64,000 nucleotides of DNA, from the NCBI GenBank assembly GCA_963753345.1, contig CAVWBU010000047.1, positions 64,001-128,000 of the forward strand. The letters are read 5' to 3'. The notes beneath the pieces are model-generated. The model was not told the DNA's origin. It was given only the letters and a program-made list of their open reading frames with translations, and did not search any database. Source of the DNA: an uncultured Fibrobacterota bacterium. GTDB lineage: Bacteria; Fibrobacterota; Chitinivibrionia; Chitinivibrionales; FEN-1185. Made by a program: the position numbers and the translations under genes. Of the stretch, positions 54,040 to 64,000 are shown one piece after another; the stretch's first letter is position 1; the number at the start of each line of letters is the position of its first letter.

Positions 54040-54856
54040 TCGGGGCGCGGGGCTCTTGTGCGCCCTCGTCCCTGGAAAGAGCGTTCCGCAGGATGAGGCC
54101 GGAGAAGAGGATGAAAAACACGATGCAGATGACCTGGTTGTGGGAGAGCGGCCCCAGCCTTTCGTGCGGCGTGTAGAACCGGGTGAAATCCACGCAGAAC
54201 CGCAGCACGGAGTACATGAGGCCGGCCAGAAAAAACCGGAACCCCGCAAACGTCTTGCGTGTGCCGACGAGCAGAAGAATTATTGCCATAAGCAGCCCGC
54301 CGCCCGACTCTATGAGCTGGGAGGGAATGAGCGCGTGCGCGTGCACGTCGTGCATGTACGCGCCCGCCGGACTGTTTGCGGGAAAGCTCACCCCGCAGGC
54401 AGCCGTCGTGGCCGCGCCGTAGCAGCATCCGTTGAGAAAACAGCCGATGCGCGTGAGAAAAATGCCGAACCCGAGGCTTGCGCTCGCAATGTCGGCATAG
54501 GGAAGAAACCGCTCCTTCCTGACGCGGAAATACGCGATGGCGGCAACAATCGCGCCGATGAACCCGCCGTACATCACGAGCCCGCCTATGCCGAGGTTTC
54601 CGCCGTGGAACGGATTGAAAATGCCGGTGAGGTCTCCGGAAAATTCCTCAAAGTGAAGAACGACGTAGTAGAGCCTTGCGCCCACAATGGCCGCGATAAT
54701 CACCCAGAATCCGAGGTCAGAAATAACGTTCGGGTCAAGCCCGCTCCGCCTGGCGCGCCATGCGGCAAACCAGATGCCGAACAAAAACGACAGCGCGAGC
54801 ATGAATCCGTACGAGTGGATGGGGAACCTGAAGATGTGGAACAGGATGGGATGCAT
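54029..54856 (-). CDS. lgt: Prolipoprotein diacylglyceryl transferase
   Basis: HSYGFM, GARLYYV, GGLVMYGG, RIGCFLNGCCYG, PSQLIES. Confidence 0.93.
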   Translation of the reverse strand: MHPILFHIFRFPIHSYGFMLALSFLFGIWFAAWRARRSGLDPNVISDLGFWVIIAAIVGARLYYVVLHFEEFSGDLTGIFNPFHGGNLGIGGLVMYGGFIGAIVAAIAYFRVRKERFLPYADIASASLGFGIFLTRIGCFLNGCCYGAATTAACGVSFPANSPAGAYMHDVHAHALIPSQLIESGGGLLMAIILLLVGTRKTFAGFRFFLAGLMYSVLRFCVDFTRFYTPHERLGPLSHNQVICIVFFILFSGLILRNALSRDEGAQEPRAPNAA

Positions 54857-55134
54857 GGAATGGCACTGTCCTTTCGGGAATCCGGGAATGCGACGGCATG
54901 AAGAAAATAAAACGAGCGTGATGATGAGTGGTATAGATGTTTGAGGGGAAACAGAATGAGGTTACAAGGAGGGTCGCGATGTTCGATGGTCAATGATGAC
55001 CGATGGCAATGGATTAATATATTCCCACTCTTACGTGGCAAGGCACAACCCCCCGGTTGTCGCGTTCTTGTCGTCCCTTGTTGATATGTGATAATATAAT
55101 TCCGGTCTTGATTCTATCGCCGCGAAGCGGCATT

Positions 55135-55292
55135 CCTGCAGGAGGGCGTTGCGGGAACGCGACACGTGCATTGCGCAAGCGATGCGCCTGGTGCGTGTTC
55201 CCGCTGGAGGGGGTGTGCCCCGAGACCCCGCAGACGCGTGAAGCGCGGCGAGGAGGCTTGGGGCCAGGGGGAAACGCGAAGCGGTGCCCCCA
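55135..55292 (+). repeat. Family B-like multi-hairpin element B5
   Basis: GGAGGGGGTG...CCGCAG...GAGGAGGCT..GGGCCAGGGGGAAAC...CCCCCA plus an upstream GCGGGAAC/GTTCCCGC stem. Confidence 0.55.
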
Positions 55293-55313
55293 CCAAATTT
55301 TATTGATATTATA

Positions 55314-56591
55314 TTAAAAATCCTGCCTGCTGTACCGCGCATTGAGCAGGAACCCGAGCAGTATCGCAATAGTCAACGTAAAGGACCCGCCGTAGCTCAG
55401 AAACGGCAGCGGCACGCCCACCACGGGCATCATGCCCAGCGTCATGGACACGTTGATGAAGATGTGAAACGCCAGAAGCGACACGGCGCCCACCACCACG
55501 AGATTGGTGAACCGGTTCCTCACCACCTGCGTGGTGGTATAGCCCCGGATGATGAGAAAGAGGAACAAGAGCAGTATCGCAATGCAGCCGAACAGGCCGA
55601 ACTGCTCCCCCAGGACCGAGAAAATGAAATCGGTGTGCTGTTCGGGAAGAAACGACAGGCGCGTCTGGGTACCCTGGAGATATCCCTTGCCCATCAAATG
55701 GCCCGAGCCGATGGCCACCTTCGATTGGATCACCTGGTACCCCGCGCCCGACGGGTCCATCTGTGGATTGATAAATGAGAGTATCCGCTTCTTCTGGTAG
55801 TCCTTGAGAACACCGTTCCACGCGACCGTCGTGATGCCCGCGGTGAACAGGTTGAGCACCACCACGCCGACCAGGATGAGCATGCGCGGCCGGGCGTAGT
55901 AGAGCACGGCGCAGATAACCACGAAGAACACGCCCCACGGGATGGCCTCCCAAATGCCTCCATGCGTCCCGAACGCGAAGGCGAGAATGAGCGGTATGGC
56001 CGACAGCGCAAGAGACACCACGGGTGAAAACAGGAACAGCAGATCCAGAAACGTGAGGCCCGCCCAGTACATCATGGGCACGGCCATAAGCCCCAGGATG
56101 AGCGCGGTCCCAAGGTCGGGCTGCTTGAGAATGAGGCCGAACGGGAAAAGGATCATCACGCCGGGAAGAACAAACGAGGTAAGGTGGTCAAGCGAAATCG
56201 ACTTTGTTGAAAAATACCGGGCGAGCGCGAGCAGGAGGCCGATCTTCGCGAATTCGGACGGCTGCACGCGAAGTCCTGCGATGTTCACCCAGCGTTCCGC
56301 ACCCTTCGAGATGACGCCCGTGAAGAGTCCGTAGAGAAGAAGGAGCAGCGACGCGGCGTACACCACGTAGGCAAAAGAGAAATACAGACGGGTGGGAATG
56401 GACGTGACGACAAGGATGATCGCAAGGCCCAGCGCGATCCAGATGATCTGGTTTCTCGTCGAATGCACGAGCGGGCCCGAATCGTAGATGTGCGTGGCGG
56501 AAAACACCAGCAGCACGCCCACGGTCCACAGCGCCATGGCCGCCATCACGAGCGCAAAATCGAATTCCGTCTTTTTTTGTATTTCGGACAT
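55314..56591 (-). CDS. rodA: Rod shape-determining protein RodA
   Basis: GAERW, VQPSEFAK, KQPDLGT, GYQVIQSKVAIGSG, LPEQHTDFIF, LPFLSYGGS. Confidence 0.96.
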   Translation of the reverse strand: MSEIQKKTEFDFALVMAAMALWTVGVLLVFSATHIYDSGPLVHSTRNQIIWIALGLAIILVVTSIPTRLYFSFAYVVYAASLLLLLYGLFTGVISKGAERWVNIAGLRVQPSEFAKIGLLLALARYFSTKSISLDHLTSFVLPGVMILFPFGLILKQPDLGTALILGLMAVPMMYWAGLTFLDLLFLFSPVVSLALSAIPLILAFAFGTHGGIWEAIPWGVFFVVICAVLYYARPRMLILVGVVVLNLFTAGITTVAWNGVLKDYQKKRILSFINPQMDPSGAGYQVIQSKVAIGSGHLMGKGYLQGTQTRLSFLPEQHTDFIFSVLGEQFGLFGCIAILLLFLFLIIRGYTTTQVVRNRFTNLVVVGAVSLLAFHIFINVSMTLGMMPVVGVPLPFLSYGGSFTLTIAILLGFLLNARYSRQDF

Positions 56592-56601
56592 TGTTCGCCT
56601 G

Positions 56602-58500
56602 TCAATCCGCCAGCCTTGGCTTGTGCTTATCAGCAAGCGCGGTCTGCGCGCACGAGTCGGCGATCCTCTTTCCCTCCGGGTCGTGGCTGAAAAAATACCT
56701 GAGCACCGCTCCGGCAATGGGCGCGGCGATCGTGCCGCCGTGACCCGCGTTTTCCGCAACCGCCGAAACGGCGATCACCGGATTGTCGGCCGGCGCGCAC
56801 CCTATGAAAAGGGCGTGCGTCTTTTCGCCCTGCGGGTTCTGCGCGCTCCCCGTCTTTCCCCCAACTTCGACGTTGGGGACCGCGGCGCGGCCGCCCGTGC
56901 CGCCCGCGGCGAGCACTTCGATGAGCGACTTATGGAGCGTGGCAACAATGGCAGAGTCCAGATTGAGCGTCCTTGACACAGTGGGATTCTGCTGAAGAAT
57001 GGTTGTTCCGTCGCTTGAACGCACTTCTTTCATGAGGATGGGGCGGTAGATAAACGCGCAGTTTCCGAGCGCGCCGGCAAGCACGGCGAGCTGCAGCGGG
57101 GTCACCAGCTGCGTCTGGCCAATCGCCATGTCCATGTTGAGTCCCTGCGTCCACACCCAGCCCCGCGATGCGAAGCGGCGGTTGTACTCCTCTTCACCGG
57201 ACAGCCACCCGGATTTTTCGCCGAAAAGATCTATGCCCGTCACCTGGCCGAGCCCGTACATGTCGGCCGCCTTGTTGATGATTCTGTCGCCCAGCCGCAG
57301 GCCCAGTTGGTAGAAGTAAATGTCGCACGACTGCTTTACCGCTCCCACCAGGTCGAGGCTGCCGTGGCCCCGAAGGTCCCAGCAATGGGCGATGCGGCTG
57401 CCGAACCTGAAAGCCCCCCGGCACGGAGCCGGCATTCGGGATGTTCCCGTGATCTTTCCGCTTATAAGTCCGGCCGCGGCCGTGACGAGCTTGAATGTGG
57501 AGCCGGGAGGGTAGGTGCCGGCAATCGCGCGGTTGTTAAGCGGAAGATTCGGGTCGAGCGCGATCGACGCCCAGTTCTTTGAGCGTTCCGAGGCCGCGGC
57601 GGAGAAGATATTCGGGTCCGCCGAAGGGCTTGACGTCATGGCGAGCACCTCGCCGTTGCGTGGGTCAAGCGCCACGACCGCGCCCTTGAGGGTATCGGGA
57701 AACGAGTCGACCGCAACCGTCTGCAGCGCCGCATCGATGGTAAGATAGACATTGCCGCCGGGCACGGGCTCGGTGCGGGGCATGTCCTTGATGGGGCCGA
57801 GGCTTTTGCCGTACGCGTTCACCTCTATGTATTCCTGGCCATCCCGGCCGCGGAATATGTCTTCGTACTGGCGCTCGATGCCGGCCTTGCCCATCTGGTC
57901 CCCGAAATGGTAGCCGAGGTTCTTGAGGGAATCAAATTGCGTTTCGGGAATTTCGCTCATGTACCCGAGCACGTGAAACGCCTTGCTTCCCATCGGGTAT
58001 TCCCGGCGCGATTCCGTTTCCACCGTTATACCGGGCAGTTCCATGGAATGCTCCTCGACAATGGAGACGAGCTCCATGGACACGTCTTCCTTGAGCCGCG
58101 CGGGATCGAACCGCCGGCGCTGCGCGTCGCGCATGGCCTGAACGAGTTCGGTGCTGTCGAACACTGCGATGCCGCGCGAATCGCGGATCTTCGTCAGGTT
58201 CTTCACGATTTCGGAACGCTTCTTGACTTTGTAGGGGAGCACGCAGATGGAATAGGACGGCCTGTTGCGGGCGAGCACGCGGCCATTTCTGTCCAGCATA
58301 AGACCGCGCGGCGCCTTGATCACCCGCAATTGCATTCCGTTTTCCCTGGAAAGCCGGATGTTAAGCTGCGCCTGGACCACCTGAAGATAGAAGAGCCGCG
58401 CGATAAGGATGAAAAACAACGCACCCACCACGATGCTGAGCCGGAGGCTCTTGGCGGTCCGTTCCTGCTGGTCGTCCTGAAAATGCGACCGTATCGGCAT
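56602..58500 (-). CDS. mrdA: Penicillin-binding protein 2
   Basis: APRG..LDRNG, YPPGSTFK, SCD, GKTGSAQ. Confidence 0.95.
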   Translation of the reverse strand: MPIRSHFQDDQQERTAKSLRLSIVVGALFFILIARLFYLQVVQAQLNIRLSRENGMQLRVIKAPRGLMLDRNGRVLARNRPSYSICVLPYKVKKRSEIVKNLTKIRDSRGIAVFDSTELVQAMRDAQRRRFDPARLKEDVSMELVSIVEEHSMELPGITVETESRREYPMGSKAFHVLGYMSEIPETQFDSLKNLGYHFGDQMGKAGIERQYEDIFRGRDGQEYIEVNAYGKSLGPIKDMPRTEPVPGGNVYLTIDAALQTVAVDSFPDTLKGAVVALDPRNGEVLAMTSSPSADPNIFSAAASERSKNWASIALDPNLPLNNRAIAGTYPPGSTFKLVTAAAGLISGKITGTSRMPAPCRGAFRFGSRIAHCWDLRGHGSLDLVGAVKQSCDIYFYQLGLRLGDRIINKAADMYGLGQVTGIDLFGEKSGWLSGEEEYNRRFASRGWVWTQGLNMDMAIGQTQLVTPLQLAVLAGALGNCAFIYRPILMKEVRSSDGTTILQQNPTVSRTLNLDSAIVATLHKSLIEVLAAGGTGGRAAVPNVEVGGKTGSAQNPQGEKTHALFIGCAPADNPVIAVSAVAENAGHGGTIAAPIAGAVLRYFFSHDPEGKRIADSCAQTALADKHKPRLAD

Positions 58501-58509
58501 GAGAAACGC

Positions 58510-59007
58510 TCAGTTCCTTGCGCGGGGCTTGGGCAGCATGTCCCACACGTGCCACAGCCCCGCGAGGGCGATGGAATACAGGGCGCGGGGAAGGCAATGA
58601 AGAAACAGCGCGCCGAACACGACGGACAGGGGGCCGCCGAGCTTGAGTATCTGGACAAAAAGGAATGTGGTGTCGTGGATGATGAAGGCGACCAGCAACA
58701 GGGCGCTCTTGATGAGCGCATCGGTGCGCATCGTCCGCTCGTTGAAGAACCCGATAAACGCGCCGGTCATGGTGGCGGCGAGCGCGTTCTGCCCGAGCAG
58801 CGAGGGCGAATACAGGTCGAGGCCCAGGCCCAGGAAAAATCCGACGAAAATACCGGGCATCATGCCGTACTTGATTGAGAAGAAAAAGAGTGCAATAAGG
58901 GGCAGGTCCGGCCCTATCCCGGCAACGGAAATAACAGGCACGAACGACGTCTGCAGCACGAGCGAGAGCGCGAACACGATGAGCCACTTTACTGCGTGCG
59001 ACATCAT
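58510..59007 (-). CDS. mreD: Rod shape-determining protein MreD
   Basis: Hydrophobic, PDLPLI, GFFLGLGLD; synteny. Confidence 0.9.
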   Translation of the reverse strand: MMSHAVKWLIVFALSLVLQTSFVPVISVAGIGPDLPLIALFFFSIKYGMMPGIFVGFFLGLGLDLYSPSLLGQNALAATMTGAFIGFFNERTMRTDALIKSALLLVAFIIHDTTFLFVQILKLGGPLSVVFGALFLHCLPRALYSIALAGLWHVWDMLPKPRARN

Positions 59008-59837
59008 TTGGATTTCTCAAGGGAATCAAGTTCGTCCCTGAATGACGCCCATTGCGGCGGCAGCTTGATCACAAACACTTCCTCTATGCGGTCAAAGGTG
59101 ACTTCAAGCTTTACAAACGCCTTTTTGAAAATCGGATCGCGGCCCTCCTCGAGTTTTGTCACGACGCCTGCAAGCAGGCCCCTGGGGTAGATGCCGCCGA
59201 GCCCCGAGGTGATGATGGTGTCGCCCACGGCAAGGTCGGCGTGCGCGCGGAACATGATGGAGAATTGGCTGCCGTTTGTGGTCTCAAGGATGCCGATTTC
59301 CCGGGTGCGGCCGATCATGACGCTTGTCCGGTTTGCCGGGTCTACAAGTAATTGGACCAGGCTCATGCGGCCCATCACCTGAACCACCTTCCCCGCAACG
59401 CCGCGGCTCGTCATCACCGGCATGTAGGGAAGAATCCCGTCGTTTTTTCCCACATCGATGATTGCGCTGCGGGAAACATACGACGGGTCGCGGACCACCA
59501 CCCGCGCGGGGACGAGATCAAACGAAAACTGTCGGGTGATGCCGAGAAGGTCGGTGAGCCGCTCGTTCTCGCGCGTGTTTTCGGTGAGCCGCGCCGCCTT
59601 TACGGAAAGCGCCGCGATCTCCCCTTTTAGCCGCCGGTTCTCGGCAAAAATGTTTTTGGCGCGCGTTGTCTGGCTGAAATAGAACTGGAACGGATAGAAG
59701 ATGCTGAGCGTGAGCATGCGCGCGATGCGCTGCTGCTGAACGGCGGAGCTCGACAGCATCAGGATGCCCAGGACCGACGTCACCAGCAGGGAGGCGAGAT
59801 TGCGATGGGAAACAAAGAACCGGATGATCCACTGCAT
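59004..59837 (-). CDS. mreC: Rod shape-determining protein MreC
   Basis: ENERL coiled coil, IDVG..DG, TSGLGGIYPRG. Confidence 0.93.
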   Translation of the reverse strand: MQWIIRFFVSHRNLASLLVTSVLGILMLSSSAVQQQRIARMLTLSIFYPFQFYFSQTTRAKNIFAENRRLKGEIAALSVKAARLTENTRENERLTDLLGITRQFSFDLVPARVVVRDPSYVSRSAIIDVGKNDGILPYMPVMTSRGVAGKVVQVMGRMSLVQLLVDPANRTSVMIGRTREIGILETTNGSQFSIMFRAHADLAVGDTIITSGLGGIYPRGLLAGVVTKLEEGRDPIFKKAFVKLEVTFDRIEEVFVIKLPPQWASFRDELDSLEKSK

Positions 59838-59877
59838 GGTGTACTCTGGGATGGCCCTATTCAGGGCGGACCGCGCC

Positions 59878-60909
59878 TTACCGTCTCCTGCCGGTATTCA
59901 GGAGAACGGACTTGTATGTGTCAAGGTTCTCGATGATCTTGAGCGCGCCCCGCGCGACGCAGGTGAGCGGGTCGTCGATGACGTTGACCGGCAGATTGGT
60001 TTCCTGGCGCAGCCGTTCGTCGAGCCCCCGGAGGAGCGAGCTGCCGCCGGTCATGATGATGCCTTTGTCAAGAATGTCGGCAGAGAGCTCGGGCGGCGTC
60101 TGCTCCAGCGCCTGTTTCACGGCCTCCACGATGGTGGAGATGGGTTCGTTGAGCGCGTCGCGGATTTCGGTCGAGGTGATGCGGAGCGTTTTGGGAATGC
60201 CGGCGACCAGGTCGCGGCCCTTCACTTCCATCTCAAGCTCGTCTTCGAGCGGGAACGCGGAGCCGATCTGGATCTTTATCTGCTCGGCCGTGCTTTCGCC
60301 GATGAGAAGGTTGTAGGTCTTCTTGAGGTACGAGACCACAGCCTCGTCCATTTCGTCTCCGCCCACCCGCACCGACATGTCGCACACCATGCCGAACAGC
60401 GCGATCACGGCAATCTCGGCCGTGCCGCCGCCGATGTCGATGACCATGTTGCCCGACGGTTCGTCCACGGGCATACCCATGCCGATTGCCGACGACATCG
60501 GCTCAGCGACAAGGTACACCTCGCGCACGCCCGCGCTTTCCGCGGAATCGATCACGGCCCGCTTTTCAACCTCGGTAATGCCCGACGGCACGCCGATGAC
60601 GGCGCGCGGCCGGAAAAACGACGGATATTTCTGCACTTTCTTTATAAAATGCTTGAGCATTTCCTCCACGAGGTCGAAGTCGGCGATCACGCCGTCCTTC
60701 ATGGGCCGTATCGCCTCGATTTCGCCCGGCGTGCGGCCGAGCATGCGCTTGGCCTCGAGGCCGAACGCTCTGACGTGCTTGGTGCTTTTGTCAAGTGCGA
60801 CAACCGAAGGCTCGTCGATGAGAAGTCCTCTGCCGCTCACGTAGATGAGCGTGTTCGCGGTCCCGAGATCGATCCCGAGATCGTTGGAGAGAAAGGGAAA
60901 CAGAGCCAT
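59878..60909 (-). CDS. mreB: Actin-like rod shape protein MreB
   Basis: GIDLGTANT, RPMKDGVIADF, DIGGGT, TPPELSAD. Confidence 0.97.
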   Translation of the reverse strand: MALFPFLSNDLGIDLGTANTLIYVSGRGLLIDEPSVVALDKSTKHVRAFGLEAKRMLGRTPGEIEAIRPMKDGVIADFDLVEEMLKHFIKKVQKYPSFFRPRAVIGVPSGITEVEKRAVIDSAESAGVREVYLVAEPMSSAIGMGMPVDEPSGNMVIDIGGGTAEIAVIALFGMVCDMSVRVGGDEMDEAVVSYLKKTYNLLIGESTAEQIKIQIGSAFPLEDELEMEVKGRDLVAGIPKTLRITSTEIRDALNEPISTIVEAVKQALEQTPPELSADILDKGIIMTGGSSLLRGLDERLRQETNLPVNVIDDPLTCVARGALKIIENLDTYKSVLLNTGRRR

Positions 60910-61111
60910 ACGGTAAGCCTCTATGGTCGAAACATGGTGAGAACTTAATTAAGTAAGTGCTGGCGGATAAGGCGCTTTTGGCGTTGCAAAAGAACAACTT
61001 ACGCGAATGCCGCGGCGTCAATTTCGTCGCAACAGGAAAATATACAATAATGACAACGATTCATGCCAGGAATTGTGGCGGTGCTGGAAATCACGGGCGC
61101 ACGGCGGGCCG

Positions 61112-62437
61112 TTATCGCGCCGGAGCGGCCGAGGGCGGCCTTGTCGCGCCGGAATCCGCGGGCGCGGGCTGCGGTTTTTGTTCAACCGGTTTATTCACAG
61201 CTGTTGAGTCGGATTTCGGCGCGGGCGCGGCGGCAAGGCTGTCGCTCTGAGGCAGGGCCTGCGCCGCCTTTTCGATAATCGCTGGTGAACCGGCCGCAGC
61301 CGTATCGGCGTGCGCCGGCGCAGGAGGTTGCGCCTGTGGCGGCTTCACCTCCGCCGGGCGCGCTTCGGCCGGACTGCCTGCCGCCGGTTTCTCCCCCGCC
61401 GGCGGTACGGCAGCGGGAGGTTTTTGGGGGCTGTTCTTGACAGAAGCAGCTTTTGGCCTGGGCGGCGGGAGGGTGTAGGTGAGCGCGAAGTACGGGTTGA
61501 ACTCGATGTCGCTGACAAGGGAGGTCACGTCGCACGACATGTCGAAGCTGAGCATGGCAAAGCGAAGGCCGGCGCCGAAAGAGAGAACGTCCGTTTCCCA
61601 GTTGAACCGCTTTCCTATGCGTACGGCGATGTATTTCGTGGGCCACGCCTCGATGCCGATCGGAACCGACACCCGGTCAAAAAACTGGGAGGCCGACGTC
61701 AGCTTGTTCCCGACGTCGCGGTACACGATGTCCGCGGCAACGGTGTAGGCGACCTTCAGCAGCGTGTCGGAATACGCCGCGCCAGCGCGGCCGCTGCGCG
61801 GCAGGGGCGCGCCGCCGCCGAAATATCGCGTCTCGTCAAGATCGCCCGTGGTGGAACCCAGCTGAAAAACCGCGGCACCGAGCGTCAGCTTCTGCGGAAT
61901 AAGGCGGTAGGTGAGGCCGGCCGACACCGAAATCCCGTACCCCGCGTACGACACGATTCTTTCCTGCAGGCCGTTGAGGCACAGCCCCAAACCGAGGGCC
62001 TCGCCACGGTATCCGAAGCAGAGTGACACCATGGTGCCGTCGTACGATCCCGGAACGTTGTAGTCGGGGCCGTTGCGATAGTCGGCCGGAATTATGCCGC
62101 CGATAAACTGGTTGGTAACGGCAGCGGCCGCAAACATATTGAGAAAGGTCCAGGCGCCTTCGCAAAAGGCAATGGTGTTCTCCGACGGGAGCGGCGCATA
62201 GCCGAGGTTGAGATACGGCCGATCCGAAAGTGCGGGTGACGCGGGATTGTAGGACGCGAAGCCGGAGCCAGCAAGCGCGGTTCCCGCATGACCCATCGCG
62301 ACCTGGCGCGGCGACGCAAGGAAATCGAGGAACTGGAACCCCGCCATCGACTCTTCCTCGCTCTGGCCAAAGGCACGGAAAAAGACCGCCGGAAGCAGTG
62401 CGGCAAAGAAGCAGATTTTTTTGCTTGTCCGGTTCAT
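61112..62437 (-). CDS. PorV/PorQ-like outer-membrane barrel with Pro/Ala-rich tail
   Basis: FQFL..ASPRQVAMG...YNPA; barrel strands; low-complexity C-terminus. Confidence 0.75.
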   Translation of the reverse strand: MNRTSKKICFFAALLPAVFFRAFGQSEEESMAGFQFLDFLASPRQVAMGHAGTALAGSGFASYNPASPALSDRPYLNLGYAPLPSENTIAFCEGAWTFLNMFAAAAVTNQFIGGIIPADYRNGPDYNVPGSYDGTMVSLCFGYRGEALGLGLCLNGLQERIVSYAGYGISVSAGLTYRLIPQKLTLGAAVFQLGSTTGDLDETRYFGGGAPLPRSGRAGAAYSDTLLKVAYTVAADIVYRDVGNKLTSASQFFDRVSVPIGIEAWPTKYIAVRIGKRFNWETDVLSFGAGLRFAMLSFDMSCDVTSLVSDIEFNPYFALTYTLPPPRPKAASVKNSPQKPPAAVPPAGEKPAAGSPAEARPAEVKPPQAQPPAPAHADTAAAGSPAIIEKAAQALPQSDSLAAAPAPKSDSTAVNKPVEQKPQPAPADSGATRPPSAAPAR

Positions 62438-62479
62438 AACCGACCTGTAAGATATATCCTTCAACGGTGAGCCTTCAAC

Positions 62480-63595
62480 CTAAAATCCGTACACGAGATC
62501 CAGCTTCTGGTCCACGCCCGCCCACACCTCGTCGGTGGTGAGCGCGTAATTGAGGGTGAGCCCCTTGCGGATTGCATTGAGGTCGACCCCGAAGCCCGCG
62601 GTAATCCTGAATGCGAAATTCTGCCAGTAATATTGCCAATCCGAGGCGATATAGCGATTAATGGTGATGTCGCCGATGCCCGCGCGCACCCTGAACGTCT
62701 GCCAGCGGCGCCACTCGAACCCCGTAAACAGCACTGCTTCCATGGAGCTGAGCCGGGTGAACGTTCCGTCAACGATATAGCCGTCGACGTCGCAGCTCCA
62801 GGTGAGAGGGTATCCTGCAAGCAGGCCGCGATAGGAACTTGCGAGCACGAATTCGGGCAGCACCATGTCGGTGATCGACGTCGGGCTGCCGTATCCCTCG
62901 TCGCCGGCCCCGTAATTCTGCTCCGCTGAGGACGACACCTGCCAGTTCATGGCAATTCCGGCCGGCGCGCCGGACAAAAGCTGGAGCGGGCTTATGTCGC
63001 GGACCGCCAGCGCAAGCGTCAAGCTGTCCGCGACTTTGTACTGGACTGCGAGCGAAAATCCGCCCACCGCCGTGGCGTCCGAATAGACAAGCGAGGTGCC
63101 CACGTACGACGTGGGCAGGTACTGGTAGTAAAAACCGATGGACAGACCCGCAGACAGTCTTCGCGTGATGAGATAGCTGAGCGCGGCCTTCACCGTGAGC
63201 GTGGTGTACGCGCCGTTGTCAAGCTTCTCCTCGGACGCATTGTAGAGGTCGTCGAGAAACGGGTCGCCGCGGTACAGCGCCCCGATACCGATGCCGACGC
63301 GCGGCGGCAGTTTGAATTCGAGGGAGGCGAAGCCTTCGGTGCGGCCCTGCGAGTACAGCCCGGTTCCCGCGGAAAGTGTTCTTTTGTCAAGGAGGCTCAA
63401 TTGCGCGGGGTTCCACCACGTGGCAAAGTACGACGGCGCCGCAGTCTGGCCACCGCCCATGGCGGTCGCCTGCGCGTCTGCGGGAGCGCGCAAATACGCC
63501 CCCGCCTCGCCGCCGATCTGCGCATGGGCCGCGCACGCGCCGCACACCAGTGCGGCGGCGAAAACGTCCCTACTTCGCAACAATGATTTTCCCAA
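62480..63595 (-). CDS. PorV/PorQ-like outer-membrane barrel
   Basis: GAYLR..A.A.AMGG...WWNPAQL; ends in YGF. Confidence 0.72.
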   Translation of the reverse strand: MGKSLLRSRDVFAAALVCGACAAHAQIGGEAGAYLRAPADAQATAMGGGQTAAPSYFATWWNPAQLSLLDKRTLSAGTGLYSQGRTEGFASLEFKLPPRVGIGIGALYRGDPFLDDLYNASEEKLDNGAYTTLTVKAALSYLITRRLSAGLSIGFYYQYLPTSYVGTSLVYSDATAVGGFSLAVQYKVADSLTLALAVRDISPLQLLSGAPAGIAMNWQVSSSAEQNYGAGDEGYGSPTSITDMVLPEFVLASSYRGLLAGYPLTWSCDVDGYIVDGTFTRLSSMEAVLFTGFEWRRWQTFRVRAGIGDITINRYIASDWQYYWQNFAFRITAGFGVDLNAIRKGLTLNYALTTDEVWAGVDQKLDLVYGF

Positions 63596-63998
63596 AAGAA
63601 CGCTCTCCGTCCTGCGCGGTTATTCTGAAATAGTACACTCCCACGGCAACGCGTTTTCCCGCGTTGTTCGTTCCGTCCCAGAAGTCACGCGTCCTGTCGG
63701 TGCTTCTGCCGTTGCCGAGCGGGTCGTCCTTCCCCGCTTTGCGGTCTTCGTTGGTGATGATATTCTTGACAAGACTCATGTTCCAGTCGTACACCGCAAT
63801 GGTCACCTTTGACGCCTTTGACAAGCTGTAAGCGAATATCGTCCGCGTCTGCTGCGAATAGTCGCCGGTGAGAATGCCGGGATAGGCGTAGGTCTGCTTG
63901 AGGCCGCTTTGTATTGTGCGCTCCCGGTGGACATACACGAACGGAATCTTCCCCCGCTCGCCGGCCCTCTCGTCCCTGGTAAAAAACAGGCCGTTATT
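63570..63998 (-). CDS. Protein with C-terminal FlgD-Ig-like sorting domain (partial; continues beyond window)
   Basis: YAYP, VTIAVYD...LVK, WDGTNNAGKRVAVGVYYFRI; frame open to the window edge. Confidence 0.8.
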   Translation of the reverse strand, partial: NNGLFFTRDERAGERGKIPFVYVHRERTIQSGLKQTYAYPGILTGDYSQQTRTIFAYSLSKASKVTIAVYDWNMSLVKNIITNEDRKAGKDDPLGNGRSTDRTRDFWDGTNNAGKRVAVGVYYFRITAQDGERSFGKIIVAK

Positions 63999-64000
63999 GA

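Noticed and set aside
1-64000. tRNA, rRNA, transposase or integrase genes
   Set aside because: None recognised by eye; a tRNAscan/Infernal run would be needed to exclude small RNAs.

Overview
GC-rich bacterial chromosomal segment. It is most consistent with a polysaccharide-degrading FCB-group organism such as Fibrobacterota/Chitinivibrionia; this is inferred from T9SS-like sorting domains, PorV-like and FlgD-like genes and secreted GH105/GH55/GH9 enzymes. The left part is accessory: a type IIG R-M fusion, secreted glycoside hydrolases, a GIY-YIG nuclease and a PIN toxin-antitoxin islet between direct repeats. The middle holds hisHF, a BtrH/ACP mini-cluster, a LacI-sensor kinase/RR/PP2C signalling set, a large NTPase-TPR protein, cysK and a lipoprotein + barrel-OmpA pair. 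The right part is housekeeping (trpEGC, valS, moeB, comF, lgt, mreBCD-mrdA-rodA, PorV-like genes). Many genes, including valS, carry single-base frameshifts that are most likely sequencing errors. The most notable unexplained signals are: (i) a dispersed intergenic element with fixed ends (TGGGCGTT...CCTAACGC-N21-24-GTCAA) and mix-and-match internal hairpin modules; (ii) a second dispersed family whose two closest copies bracket the NTPase-TPR gene as inverted repeats; (iii) a T9SS-like sorting domain nested inside the N-terminal domain of two GH55 enzymes; (iv) a shared ECF-type promoter motif upstream of four envelope-protein genes.
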